Source: Candidatus Woesearchaeota archaeon
Lineage (GTDB): Archaea > Nanobdellota > Nanobdellia > Woesearchaeales > GW2011-AR15
DNA length: 64,000 nucleotides
Direction of reading: 5' to 3'
NCBI GenBank assembly: GCA_038874655.1
Contig: JAVZBY010000002.1
Coordinates: forward strand, 201,711 to 265,710
This document shows positions 37,473-48,175 of the stretch, piece by piece. Under the pieces are notes generated by a model. The model ran no database searches, was not told the DNA's origin, and worked only from the letters and a program-made list of their open reading frames with translations. The position numbers were made by a program, and so were the translations under genes. How positions within the stretch are numbered: position 1 is the stretch's first letter; each line of letters starts with the position of its first letter.

Positions 37473-39503
37473 TTATTCCATACTTAAACCAGAGTAAAAC
37501 GGAGCTCCTTTATAGTCTTCACTTGGTGCAGTATCTCCAACCAAATATCTTGGTCCTTCTGTTCTTCCAAAATAACTTCTGTAAAAATTGTTCCATCCAT
37601 AGGGTGTTTGTCCAATACTTGGCTCTGTCCATGGATCAATCTTAAAACCTGGAACATGCAAATTATAAACAGAACTATCAAAGTGCATCCAAGTATCTGG
37701 TAATGAAGTCATCGGATTAAAAGAGCCACTTTCAACAATAAATTCACTTAACCCAGCATCTTTTGCAGCTTTTATAAATTCTTTCAACGGAACATTTCCA
37801 TCACCAGCTGTTAAATGTTCATCATGAAAACCAAAATTATCACTGACATGAATATGACCAACAATTCCATCTTCAATTAATTTTTTAGCTTCTTTTACAA
37901 GCCATTCATTAAATCTTTTATCTCTCTCTTCTAGAGATTCACCAGGTTTACTAACAAAATACTTTCTCCATATATTTGCATGACTTATGTCAAAAGTTGC
38001 TTTTATGTGTTCTTTTGCTAATTCTTTTGCTTTTTCTTCTGAAATTTTATATTTTTCTTTTAATTCTTTTTCCATTTCTTTTCTACCAGATTCAACTAAT
38101 CTTCTTAATTCATCTGGATGGCTGCCATAAACTTCAGGAAATAAATTCTCAGGAGCAATATAAATGGGATGCTTTAATTTTAGCATACCATTTTCACCTT
38201 GCCCTTCTTTTTTTGCTTTTTCAGTCATTTGCCAAGCATAAATGCCTAATTCTGCCATAGACTTTGCAGATTGTTCAACAGCAAAATCTTCAGCTAATTC
38301 AGATCTTTTAACAACATCTAACTGCTCAGATGCAGTTCTCCTACCATGTAACGCCAATTCTTTAATATAAGCAATATTTCTTTCATTTTCTAAAAGCATT
38401 TCTTTTAGTATTTTTATAGGGTCTTTTGTATCAGGAGGCAATAAATTATATTGTCTGTCATATTGTATTTCTTTTTCATATCTCCACCATTCATCTTTAG
38501 GAACCTTTTCTTTAAGTTGTTTATAAAAATTATATGTTTTGATTATTTTTTCTCTTTGTTCCAATAATTCTTTATATTGTTTTTCATGTCCAATTCCAAA
38601 ATATAAACTATACATTACATCAACAAACTTTTGTTGATAAAAGAAATCTTTAGCTAATTCTTTTTCACTAGGTTCTTTTTTTTTTAAATCTATATACTCC
38701 TTTCTTCTTCTCTCTCTAAAAGTATTAAAATCTATAATCTCAGTCTTTATATTTCCCTCTTCATCAGTTTCGTAAAGAGGTACTTTTCCTTCATGGATTG
38801 TGTCATAATCTTTTAAGGTTGGATCAATAACATAATTTCCATTTTCATCTTTTAAATATTGTATTCTTCCATTTTCATCTCTTTTGTATATAGGAACAGC
38901 TAATCTATCAATATCACTAACCTGTGCTACTAATCTTTTACTAATAGGATCAACTAAGAAAATTTTTCTTCTTTTTTCCTCTTCTGGGAAAGCCATAAAC
39001 ATAGGGTTACCTTTTTCATCTTTCATATAATCTTTACCATACATATACCTTGGAGCTTCACCTGTATGAAAAACAACAGCTCCACCAGTAGTAGCTTCTG
39101 CTGCAAAATGAATTGCTCTTTTAATTTCATCAATTGCTTCTTTTCTATGTCTATCATCAAAAGAACCACTTTGCATATCCAAACCAGACAAGCCAGTAAT
39201 CCCAACTGTTGCATGAGTTGTAGTTTCAACTTCATTTATCTCTGCTAGTTCTCTCATATCCATTCTTTCTCTTTTTCCAAAGCTTTCTGGAGTTGCTGCT
39301 TCTTTTCTACCTTTTCCAGCTCCAAAGAATTCAAATTCTATTCTATTAGCACCATGAAATATTCTAGCTTTCAATGCTTGAGTTTGATGTTCAAAAGGAT
39401 TTGTAGTTGTTCCCCAAGAATCAATACCAATCTCTGTACTTCTATCTATCTCTTTCATTACAGGATTTTTACTTTCTGTTTTAGGGATATAATAATCTGT
39501 CAT
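37473..39503 (-). CDS. Large TIM-barrel metalloenzyme (xylose isomerase-like/AP endonuclease 2 fold) with a long insertion
   Basis: TTHA, VVFHTGE, APENLFP, TFDISHA, HIHVSDNFGFHDEHL, IVES metal-ligand motifs. Confidence 0.78.
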   Translation of the reverse strand: MTDYYIPKTESKNPVMKEIDRSTEIGIDSWGTTTNPFEHQTQALKARIFHGANRIEFEFFGAGKGRKEAATPESFGKRERMDMRELAEINEVETTTHATVGITGLSGLDMQSGSFDDRHRKEAIDEIKRAIHFAAEATTGGAVVFHTGEAPRYMYGKDYMKDEKGNPMFMAFPEEEKRRKIFLVDPISKRLVAQVSDIDRLAVPIYKRDENGRIQYLKDENGNYVIDPTLKDYDTIHEGKVPLYETDEEGNIKTEIIDFNTFRERRRKEYIDLKKKEPSEKELAKDFFYQQKFVDVMYSLYFGIGHEKQYKELLEQREKIIKTYNFYKQLKEKVPKDEWWRYEKEIQYDRQYNLLPPDTKDPIKILKEMLLENERNIAYIKELALHGRRTASEQLDVVKRSELAEDFAVEQSAKSMAELGIYAWQMTEKAKKEGQGENGMLKLKHPIYIAPENLFPEVYGSHPDELRRLVESGRKEMEKELKEKYKISEEKAKELAKEHIKATFDISHANIWRKYFVSKPGESLEERDKRFNEWLVKEAKKLIEDGIVGHIHVSDNFGFHDEHLTAGDGNVPLKEFIKAAKDAGLSEFIVESGSFNPMTSLPDTWMHFDSSVYNLHVPGFKIDPWTEPSIGQTPYGWNNFYRSYFGRTEGPRYLVGDTAPSEDYKGAPFYSGLSME

Positions 39504-39523
39504 TTTTAATTTTCTTTTTTGAA

Positions 39524-41185
39524 TTAAGCTTCTACCCAATATAATGTGCTTGCAGGTCCCATCTTATATCTATAATAAGTTTCCCATGCTGCTTCTGCAG
39601 CAAAATGTACTGCTCTATGTTCTTCTACATGTTCTTTATAACCATGACTATGTTTCTCAGATTTTTTTTCAGGTTTTTTTTCAGCAGGTCCTTTAGGTGG
39701 ACTAAAAGATGTAAATATCTCTTTAAAACCATCTACAACATCCATAAAAGGAGCAAATAATTCAAACCTTTTTTTCTTTTCTTCTTTTTTTTCTTCTTCT
39801 TTTTCATCACCAAATTTCAAACTTGGATCAGCTTCTTTCAAGTATTTTTTTAAATCATCTCCTAATGCATCCATAGCATCTTGAACAGATTTATCAATAA
39901 GTGTCATTAAGTCTATATCATCTTCTTGTCTATATTTTATATAATTTTTAATCTTTTTATCATCCCAAGCATATGCTCTTAAAGTTATATCAGCCATACC
40001 AGTATAAATCGGACCTTTATGTTGATATTCATAACTATGATATGCCAATTCTGGTTTAACTCTGTAAAAAATATGTAATGATAACACAGGATATGCAACC
40101 TTAAAATCTTGTCTTATAAATAATGTTTCAATCTCAATAATTTGAGTTTCAAATGACTGTATAATATGAGGATTATCCATATTTTTTTCATATAATTTTA
40201 ATCTTCTTAAATTTCTTAAATATGGCTTAACCCAAGACATATACATTCTTATTGTTTCATAATGTTGTTTCATATATTTTATTTCAAAATCTCTTCTAAC
40301 CAATAATTCCTTTTTTGTTCTTCTTTTCCATTCATAATACTGCCTTAATTTTCTCTTTAAAACCTCTCTAACTTTAGCATTAAACTTTAATTTATCCACT
40401 GTTGATTCAATTTCACTAGGATCTTTTACTTGAACTCTAAAAAATAAATCAGGCAGTACACTAAAACCAATTGTATTTGCTAATCCATAAACAGAAGCTG
40501 GATTTTTTGCACCGCCTTCTACTTGATCAATCCATAAACCTTTTAAAACAATCTCAGAACTTAAAGCACTATTTTTATCTCCTTTTGGATCGCCATCACT
40601 GTCATAATAATATTGTAATCTTTCATCTAAAATTCTTAATTCTCTAACCATCTGAAACAAACCCTTAATCATATCACTAATCCCTTTAAGATATTGACTA
40701 ACTTGTGCTTGTTGTGCTCCAATTCTATTTTGCATGTTTCCAAACATGCTAGAAGCAACACTATAAGCCATTGTATCAATAACTTTTTCAACCTTATCAA
40801 AACCCCATGTTTCACTGATAAATCTCAAAAACCAGTAATAATGTTGTTCAATATTAAAATTAGGATACTCTAATACTATTCTAAATCTTCTTTCTGGTTT
40901 TGGAAACTCAGTTTTCACTAATCTATGTTGAAATTTTTCAAACTCTTCTTGTCCACTTTTTTTTACTATCTCTCCTTTCTTATCTGTTTCTACTTTTAAA
41001 AATTCATATTCATATAATCTTTTTTCAATAGCATCTAATTTCTCTTTTATAACATCTTTCTCACTTTTTAATTTATTTTGTAATTTTCTTAAATCATAAT
41101 CTAACTCTTTTATGTGATGCTCTATCTCATGAATTTCTTCCTCTTTGCTCTTCTTTTTTTTCATAAAAGGCAACTCTAAAGCCAT
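39524..41185 (-). CDS. Hypothetical helical protein (553 aa)
   Basis: Long ORF with SD GGAGG; coiled-coil N-terminus and His-rich C-terminus; no recognised family. Confidence 0.8.
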   Translation of the reverse strand: MALELPFMKKKKSKEEEIHEIEHHIKELDYDLRKLQNKLKSEKDVIKEKLDAIEKRLYEYEFLKVETDKKGEIVKKSGQEEFEKFQHRLVKTEFPKPERRFRIVLEYPNFNIEQHYYWFLRFISETWGFDKVEKVIDTMAYSVASSMFGNMQNRIGAQQAQVSQYLKGISDMIKGLFQMVRELRILDERLQYYYDSDGDPKGDKNSALSSEIVLKGLWIDQVEGGAKNPASVYGLANTIGFSVLPDLFFRVQVKDPSEIESTVDKLKFNAKVREVLKRKLRQYYEWKRRTKKELLVRRDFEIKYMKQHYETIRMYMSWVKPYLRNLRRLKLYEKNMDNPHIIQSFETQIIEIETLFIRQDFKVAYPVLSLHIFYRVKPELAYHSYEYQHKGPIYTGMADITLRAYAWDDKKIKNYIKYRQEDDIDLMTLIDKSVQDAMDALGDDLKKYLKEADPSLKFGDEKEEEKKEEKKKRFELFAPFMDVVDGFKEIFTSFSPPKGPAEKKPEKKSEKHSHGYKEHVEEHRAVHFAAEAAWETYYRYKMGPASTLYWVEA

Positions 41186-41483
41186 CTAAAGACCCTCCAA
41201 ATTTTATAACTAACTTTTAAAATAAATTGATTTTTATATCTTAAATTTGCATACACAATTAAAATCTAAATTAAAGCCAAATATACTTTTTGCTATACTA
41301 TTATATTATTATAATAAAAAAGGGTATATATACTTTTCGCTTTTATATAAATTAAAAAATTTTTTGAAAACTAAAAGGTAGATTATTCATTTTTTATTAA
41401 GTTTTCAAAAATTATAAAAAGATAAGAGACATTCTAATCTAAATTTGAAATTAACTAAACTTAAAAATGCGTTAAGATCTAAA

Positions 41484-43025
41484 ATGTCAAATGAAATTAA
41501 TATAATTTCTAAGTTTCATCCGTTAGAAAGAAAAGTTTTTCCTCTTTTAGCTAATGATATCTCTTTAGAAGAACTTTTCTCATTAGCAAAAAATGAAGAT
41601 CTAAAAGATGTTGAAGTAATGAGAGCAATACAATGGCTTGAAAACAAAAATATTTTAAGAACAGAATCAACAGAAAAAGAACTTATCTTCTTAGATAAAA
41701 ATGGTATTATCTATAAAGAGAGAGGTTTACCTGAAAAAAGATTTTTAAATGCAATCAAAGATAGTGAGAAAAAATTAAGTGAAATAAAAAATTATTTAGA
41801 TGAAAAAGAAATAAACATTTCAATAGGAATATTAAAAAGAAACAATTTAATAGAAATTAAGAAATATGATGAAATGCATTTTTCAATAACAGAATTAGGA
41901 AAAAAATATTTATCAGAAAAAACACAGGAAGAGAAATTCTTAGAAAAAAATTTTCCACTGGATTTTGAGTCATTAACAAATGAAGAGAAACAAATTGCTG
42001 ACTTACTATTAAAAAGAAAAGAAATTTTAAAAAAAGAAAAAAAAACATTGAAAAAAGTTTTTTTAACAGAGTTGGGAATAGAATTGAAAAAATTAAAATT
42101 AGAAAGTATAGAAATAATAGATAGATTAACACCTAACGACTTAAAAGAAAAAACATGGAAAAACAAAACATTTAGAGAATATGATGTTGAAATTAATGTT
42201 CCAAAAATAAGTGGGGCAAAAAGACACATAACATTACAAGCAGTTGAATACATAAAAAGTATTTGGTTAGAATTAGGTTTTAAAGAAATGACAGGGAATT
42301 GTGTTCATACTTGTTTTTGGGATTTAGATGCTTTGTTTGTGCCGCAGGATCATCCTGCAAGAGAAATGCAAGATACTTTTTATTTAAAGCAACCGAAATC
42401 AGGAGAAATTAAAGAGAAAGATATTTTAGAGAGGGTTAAAAAAACACATGAAAATGGTTGGACAACTAATTCCTTAGGTTGGCAAAATCCTTTTTCAATA
42501 GATAAATCAAAAGAAAATTTATTAAGAACTCATACAACAGTTTTGAGTGCACAAACACTAGCAAAATTAAAAAAATCAGATTTGCCTGCAAAATTTTTTG
42601 CAGTTGGAAAATGCTTTAGAAATGAGACATTAGATTGGAAACATTTATTTGAATTTTATCAAGTTGAAGGCATTGTTGTTGATGAAGATGCAAATTTTAG
42701 TAATCTTTTAGGCTATTTAAAAGAATTTTTCAAGAAAATGGGCTACCTTGATGTAAGAATAAGACCAGGCCATTTTCCTTACACAGAACCAAGTGCAGAG
42801 GTTGATGTTTATCATCCAATAAGAAAAGAATGGGTTGAATTAGGAGGCGCAGGAATCTTTAGGCCAGAAGTTGTGAAACCATTAATGGACTTTGAAGTTC
42901 CTGTTTTAGCTTGGGGGTTAGGTTTAGACAGATTAATAAAAGAATACTGGAAAATAGAAGATATTAGGGATTTATACAAAAATGATTTAAAACAATTAAG
43001 AGAATTAAAAATTTGGTTGAAATAA
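41484..43025 (+). CDS. pheS: Phenylalanine--tRNA ligase alpha subunit (archaeal type)
   Basis: DALFVPQDHPAREMQDTFY, LLRTHTT, FRNE, EFYQVEG, FPYTEPS, AWGLGLDRL. Confidence 0.97.
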   Translation: MSNEINIISKFHPLERKVFPLLANDISLEELFSLAKNEDLKDVEVMRAIQWLENKNILRTESTEKELIFLDKNGIIYKERGLPEKRFLNAIKDSEKKLSEIKNYLDEKEINISIGILKRNNLIEIKKYDEMHFSITELGKKYLSEKTQEEKFLEKNFPLDFESLTNEEKQIADLLLKRKEILKKEKKTLKKVFLTELGIELKKLKLESIEIIDRLTPNDLKEKTWKNKTFREYDVEINVPKISGAKRHITLQAVEYIKSIWLELGFKEMTGNCVHTCFWDLDALFVPQDHPAREMQDTFYLKQPKSGEIKEKDILERVKKTHENGWTTNSLGWQNPFSIDKSKENLLRTHTTVLSAQTLAKLKKSDLPAKFFAVGKCFRNETLDWKHLFEFYQVEGIVVDEDANFSNLLGYLKEFFKKMGYLDVRIRPGHFPYTEPSAEVDVYHPIRKEWVELGGAGIFRPEVVKPLMDFEVPVLAWGLGLDRLIKEYWKIEDIRDLYKNDLKQLRELKIWLK

Positions 43026-43063
43026 AAAAATTATAATTTTAAATTTAAATTAAAAAGATTAAA

Positions 43064-44839
43064 ATGCCAACAATAAAGATTAATAGAAAAGTATTAGAAA
43101 GTTTGATAGGAAAAAAACTATCAACAGAGGAATTAAAAGACAGAATCTCAATGATAGGAACAGCTCTAGAAGATATAAATGAAAATGAAATTATCGTAGA
43201 GGTTTTTCCTAACAGGCCAGATATGTTATCTGAACAAGGCTTTGCTCGTGCATTGAGTAGTTTTTTAGGTGTTAAAGGAAAATTTGGCTTAAAAAAATAT
43301 AAAGTAAATAAGCCATTAAAAGATTACAAGGTCTATGTTTCAAAAGAAAATTTAAATGTCAGACCTTATACGGCATGTGCTATTGTTAAAAATTTAAAGC
43401 TGAATGATGAAAAAATAAAAGAAATTATTCAAATCCAGGAAAAATTGCACATAACCTTTTGCAGAAGAAGGAAAAAAGCAGCTATTGGAATTTATCCATT
43501 GGATAAAATTAAATTGCCAATTTATTTTGAAGCAAAAAAACCAAATGAAATTAAATTTAAACCATTAGACACAAATGCTGAGATGACAGCTCTAGAAATT
43601 TTAGAAAAACATGATAAAGGTAAAGAATTTAAGCATTTAGTTGATGGCTTAAATAAATACGCAATATTTAGAGATTCAGCAAATAATATATTAAGTTTTA
43701 CACCTATAATTAATTCTGATTACACTGGAAAGGTAGATGAATCAACAAAAGAAGTTTTTATTGAGGTAAGTGGCTTTGATTTAAGAACAAATGTATATGT
43801 TTTAAATATTTTAGTTTGTGCATTAGCAGATATGTCAGAAGATGTTGAAATTTATCAAATGGAAGTTATTTATCCTTCTAATTATATGGCAATAAAAGCA
43901 GAAAACTTTGAAATGAAAAAATCAAAAAACGATTACTTATTAATAACACCAAATTTAAAGCCAAGGAAATTAAAATTTGATTTATCTTTTGTTAATAAGT
44001 GGCTTGGATTAAGTTTAAATGAAAATGAAGTAAAAAAATTGCTTGAAAAAATGGGATATGGTTATGAAAAAATAACTAAAAAAGGAAAGATTGAACATAT
44101 TGCTTTAATTCCTGCTTATAGAGCAGATATTTTACATCAAGTTGATTTAACAGAAGATATTGCAATTGCTTATGGCTATGAAAATTTTAAACCTGAAATT
44201 CCAAAAAAAGCCACAACTGGAAATGAGGATAGTTTTGAAAAATTCAAAAAAAAAATTGCATATCTTTTAATTGGATTGGGCTTAATGGAAACAAGTTCAT
44301 ATCATTTGACTAATAAAGAAATTCTTTTAAAAATGAATTTAGATGAAAATGATATGAAAGATATTGTTGAGATAGCTGACTCTAAATCAGCAGAACACAA
44401 TATTTTAAGAAAATCATTATTGCCCAATCTTATGGAAATTTTATCAAAAAACACACATAATGAATATCCGCAAAATATTTTTGAAATTGGTATTGTTTTT
44501 AATCAAGATAAAAATGAAGAAACAGGTGTCAAAGAAAAAACAGATTTGGCTGTAGCAATTTCAGATATTAATGCAGATTACACGAAAATAAGGCAGATTT
44601 TAGAATATTTATTAAATTCAATTGGATTTAATGAAAATAACTATCAAATAAAAGAGGCAGAACATAAATCATTTATAAAAGGTAGATGTGCAAAAATAAT
44701 TCTTAAACTAAATCAAAATGAGCAAGAAATCGGCTTTTTAGGAGAAATACATCCTAGTGTTTTAGAAAAATTTGGAGTTGAGATGCCTGTTTCTATGCTT
44801 GAGATTGAATTAGGTTTTTTATTTACATTTATAAATTAA
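43064..44839 (+). CDS. pheT: Phenylalanine--tRNA ligase beta subunit
   Basis: MPTI start, PNRPDMLSEQGFAR, IQIQEKLH, PAYRADILHQVDLTEDIAIAYGY, GEIHP. Confidence 0.96.
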   Translation: MPTIKINRKVLESLIGKKLSTEELKDRISMIGTALEDINENEIIVEVFPNRPDMLSEQGFARALSSFLGVKGKFGLKKYKVNKPLKDYKVYVSKENLNVRPYTACAIVKNLKLNDEKIKEIIQIQEKLHITFCRRRKKAAIGIYPLDKIKLPIYFEAKKPNEIKFKPLDTNAEMTALEILEKHDKGKEFKHLVDGLNKYAIFRDSANNILSFTPIINSDYTGKVDESTKEVFIEVSGFDLRTNVYVLNILVCALADMSEDVEIYQMEVIYPSNYMAIKAENFEMKKSKNDYLLITPNLKPRKLKFDLSFVNKWLGLSLNENEVKKLLEKMGYGYEKITKKGKIEHIALIPAYRADILHQVDLTEDIAIAYGYENFKPEIPKKATTGNEDSFEKFKKKIAYLLIGLGLMETSSYHLTNKEILLKMNLDENDMKDIVEIADSKSAEHNILRKSLLPNLMEILSKNTHNEYPQNIFEIGIVFNQDKNEETGVKEKTDLAVAISDINADYTKIRQILEYLLNSIGFNENNYQIKEAEHKSFIKGRCAKIILKLNQNEQEIGFLGEIHPSVLEKFGVEMPVSMLEIELGFLFTFIN

Positions 44840-44845
44840 TTTATT

Positions 44846-45584
44846 TTAATATTTTTTGAATTGCTCTAAGATATTTTCTGCTACAAAGTTACCAAAATTT
44901 CTTATTTTATTTCTTGGTGTTAAATATAATCTTTGTAAAACTTCTACATTAGTTAATCCTGAAGGTAAATTATCATACATATCAAGCCATTCTTGACTTG
45001 CTTGTTCCAGTAAATTATAATATTCTTGTCTATCTTTAGAATTAATATTAAATGGATAACTATGAGTTTGATAAGGAATAGTATTTTGTAATAATCTAAA
45101 AGTTCTTCCATTACCATCCATAAAAGGATGAATTCTGACTCCTGCAAAATGAACTAAAATAGATTTTTCTAAAGGATTGATATTTTTCTTGTAAAATCAT
45201 TTCAATATATTGCATATGGTAAGGAACTTTCTCAGGAGAGGGAACAGAAACATTTGAGCCTTGTATAAACACTCTTTTATCTCTAAAACCTTCTCCAAAT
45301 TGTCCTTGCGTTATTATATAATTTACTTTAATTATGTCCTCAACTGTCCAAGTAGAATATTGTTTTTGATTCAAATATAAAAAAGCCTCTTCAGCAGCTT
45401 TATAACCCTGTTTTCTAAATTTTTTGTTAGTTTCTTCAAAATCTTCTGATTTTTTATTTGCAGCTTCAATTGCTTTTTCTAACCTGTTTCTTATTAAAAG
45501 ACATCTTTTATTAGATAGCCCTTTTATATAAGACAAAATATCCTGATAAATTTTATTATCAACAATACCTATATAATTCCACAT
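44846..45584 (-). pseudogene. Fic-domain protein split by a single-base frameshift
   Basis: Upstream frame has GEGFRDKRVFIQGS...PSPEKVP; the next frame reads NPLEKSILVHFAGVRIHPFMDGNGRTFR (complete Fic motif). Removing one base in the T5 run at 45183-45187 gives one 245-aa ORF. Confidence 0.85.
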
Positions 45585-45685
45585 TTTTTTTGAAAAAAAA
45601 TTAAGTTTTTTTTAAAAATATAGGTTGGTTTCTTTTTTTAAATAAATAATATTATACTAATCAATAATGATAACATTTAAATATA

Positions 45686-45708
45686 AATACTAATTACTAA
45701 TTAGTATT
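45686..45708. promoter_or_regulatory. Perfect 10-bp inverted repeat (operator-like) between TATA box and start codon
   Basis: AATACTAATT-ACT-AATTAGTATT ends immediately before ATG 45709; TTTAAATA at 45676-45683. Confidence 0.55.
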
Positions 45709-46986
45709 ATGGAAAAAGAAATATTAAGGCAAATTGTGTATAGGCAAAAAAACCAAATTTCAAATTTAAATAAAGAGAATTATGTTGAGAGAGAAATATT
45801 AAAACAAATTATTACTTTTTTAAATGATGATAGAATATTAATTTTAACAGGCATAAGAAGAAGTGGAAAATCTACAATACTAAAATTAATTATGGCTCAT
45901 TTAAAAGAAAATTTAAGTTATTGTTATGTTAATTTTGAAGATGAAAGGTTTATTAATTTTAAAGCAGAAGAATTTGAATTACTAAATGAAGTTCTAATTG
46001 AGGTTTATGGCAATTCTAATTATTATTTTTTTGATGAAATTCAGAATATAGAAAAATTTGAATTATTTATAAGAAGACTTCAAGATGAAAATAAAAAAAT
46101 AATTATAACTGGTTCAAATGCTTCATTATTAAGCAAAGAATTAGGAACAAGGTTAACAGGCAGATATAAATTATTTGAAATATATCCCTTTTCTTTTATT
46201 GAATTCTTAAGATACAATAACTTTAAAATTTTTCCTAAAAATGAGCAACTTTATAATATTGAAAAAAAAGTGCAATTGCAAAAATTATTTCAAGAATATA
46301 TGATATTTGGAGGTTTTCCTGAATATTTAAAAAACAAGGATAAGGATTATATTAAAACCCTTTTTGAAAATATATTATATAGGGACATTATTGTTAGATA
46401 TTCACTAAAAAAAGAAAAGATATTAAAAGATCTAATAAATATATTATCAACAAATGTCTCTTCATTAATAACCTATAATTCTCTAAAAGAAACATTAAAT
46501 TTAGCGAATGCTATAAGTGTAAAAGAATATATTAATTATTTAAGCAATAGCTATTTATTCTTTGAAGTACTAAAATTTTCTTTTTCATTAAATAAGCAAT
46601 TAAAAAATCCAAGAAAAATATATCTAATAGACCCAAGTTTTATTGAAATTTTTGGCTATAACTTTTCAAATAATTTTGGAAAAATATTTGAAAACATTAT
46701 ATTTTTAGAATTAAAGAGGCAAAACAAAGATTTATTTTATTTTTCAAATAAACATGAATGTGATTTTGTTGTAAAAGAAAACAAAAAAATAACAAATCTA
46801 ATTCAAGTATGCTATACTCTAAATGAGGCAAACAAAGAAAGAGAAATTAATGGCTTATTAGAAGCAATGAACTTTTTTAATATAGAAGAAGGATTAATTA
46901 TAACATTAGAGCAATATGATGTTTTAAAAATAAATAATAAAAAAATTAAAATAATTCCTTTTATAAAATGGATTTTTAGCAATTAA
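45709..46986 (+). CDS. AAA+ ATPase, COG1373 type (AAA_14 plus DUF4143)
   Basis: GIRRSGKST, FFDEIQ, ITGSNA, LTGR, GGFPE, RKIYLID, FENIIF, ECDFVV...IQVC. Confidence 0.92.
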   Translation: MEKEILRQIVYRQKNQISNLNKENYVEREILKQIITFLNDDRILILTGIRRSGKSTILKLIMAHLKENLSYCYVNFEDERFINFKAEEFELLNEVLIEVYGNSNYYFFDEIQNIEKFELFIRRLQDENKKIIITGSNASLLSKELGTRLTGRYKLFEIYPFSFIEFLRYNNFKIFPKNEQLYNIEKKVQLQKLFQEYMIFGGFPEYLKNKDKDYIKTLFENILYRDIIVRYSLKKEKILKDLINILSTNVSSLITYNSLKETLNLANAISVKEYINYLSNSYLFFEVLKFSFSLNKQLKNPRKIYLIDPSFIEIFGYNFSNNFGKIFENIIFLELKRQNKDLFYFSNKHECDFVVKENKKITNLIQVCYTLNEANKEREINGLLEAMNFFNIEEGLIITLEQYDVLKINNKKIKIIPFIKWIFSN

Positions 46987-47026
46987 AAGGTTTAATTTTA
47001 AATATAAGTTCTATTCTTTAAAAAAA

Positions 47027-47374
47027 ATGAATTTAATCCAAATTATAGAAGATTTAACTTCTAATTATGCAACCGAGTTAGATAGAACTTGCAATCCAAA
47101 CAGAATAGAGGATTTTGATTGCGATAAATTTACACAAGGTTTTTATAAATTACTTAAACAAAATGGAATTGATAGTTTTATTTACTGGACAGATAAAGAT
47201 GGAGAAGGTTTCATGTATTTTGTTAATGTTGTTCCTTTAGGTAATGATACATATAGAATTTATGACTTTACAAGAGAAAATCCATTAGTAGCAATCTTAA
47301 ATAAAGATCAAATAACAAATTTTCTGCATGATAAATATGGTGGAAATTGGCAACCACGAGAAGGAATCTACTAA
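47027..47374 (+). CDS. Hypothetical protein, possible transglutaminase-like fold
   Basis: DCDKFT...LLKQNGI...YFVNVV...IYDFT pattern; the expected catalytic His appears replaced. Confidence 0.55.
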   Translation: MNLIQIIEDLTSNYATELDRTCNPNRIEDFDCDKFTQGFYKLLKQNGIDSFIYWTDKDGEGFMYFVNVVPLGNDTYRIYDFTRENPLVAILNKDQITNFLHDKYGGNWQPREGIY

Positions 47375-47401
47375 AATAATTAACAACTTGTAATAATTAA
47401 A

Positions 47402-48175
47402 CTACCCAATATAACTCACATCCTCTTTCTTACTTTTTCCAACTTTCAATAATTCATCTGCAATTTTTAATTTGGATTCAAATGCTTTTATTTCAGAATC
47501 TAAGTTTTTCATATTCAATTTTAATTCAAATTTTTTTTCTAAAATATTTAAAATATTTTTAGCTCCTTTTAAACCAACATACATAGGATGCCCAAAAGTT
47601 TCAGATAATAAACAGATTCCTTTTATTTTTCTTTCTTCAGCTAAACCTAATAAAACACCGGAAACACCAATAATAGGCCCAACAACACCATAAACATCTT
47701 TTTTTAATTCTTTTTCTAAATCTTTTGAAAATTCCTCAATTTTTTCTTTATTGTTTCCTGTAATATAAACTTTCGGATTTTTAGGAATGTTTTGTAATCC
47801 AATCCCTCCTAATGTTATAATAAAGTTTCCTTTATTCTCAACAAAATAATCCAAGACACTATCACAAAAACTATAACAACCAATTTCATCAATCGGTTGG
47901 CTGTCTCCTGTTAATATTAGAAAATTTAATTTACTCTTTTCTTTATAAAACATCTCAATTTTAGGCATCTCAATTAAATTATTTTCATTTACAAAAACAG
48001 AATTAGGCATTCTATATGAAAAAAATTCAACAATTTTTTTAGCTTTTAATTGTTCAATCAAAACATCAGCAACAACTTTTCCAACATTCGCTATTCCTGG
48101 CAAGCCAACTATTAAAATGGAATTGCTTATATCTGTTTTCTCAATTTCTTTAACTAACCACTCATTTTTGTTCAT
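47402..48175 (-). CDS. PAC2-family proteasome assembly chaperone homologue
   Basis: GLPGIANVGK, LTGDSQP, ITLGG, IIGVSGVLLG, CLLSET, C-terminal YIG. Confidence 0.88.
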   Translation of the reverse strand: MNKNEWLVKEIEKTDISNSILIVGLPGIANVGKVVADVLIEQLKAKKIVEFFSYRMPNSVFVNENNLIEMPKIEMFYKEKSKLNFLILTGDSQPIDEIGCYSFCDSVLDYFVENKGNFIITLGGIGLQNIPKNPKVYITGNNKEKIEEFSKDLEKELKKDVYGVVGPIIGVSGVLLGLAEERKIKGICLLSETFGHPMYVGLKGAKNILNILEKKFELKLNMKNLDSEIKAFESKLKIADELLKVGKSKKEDVSYIG

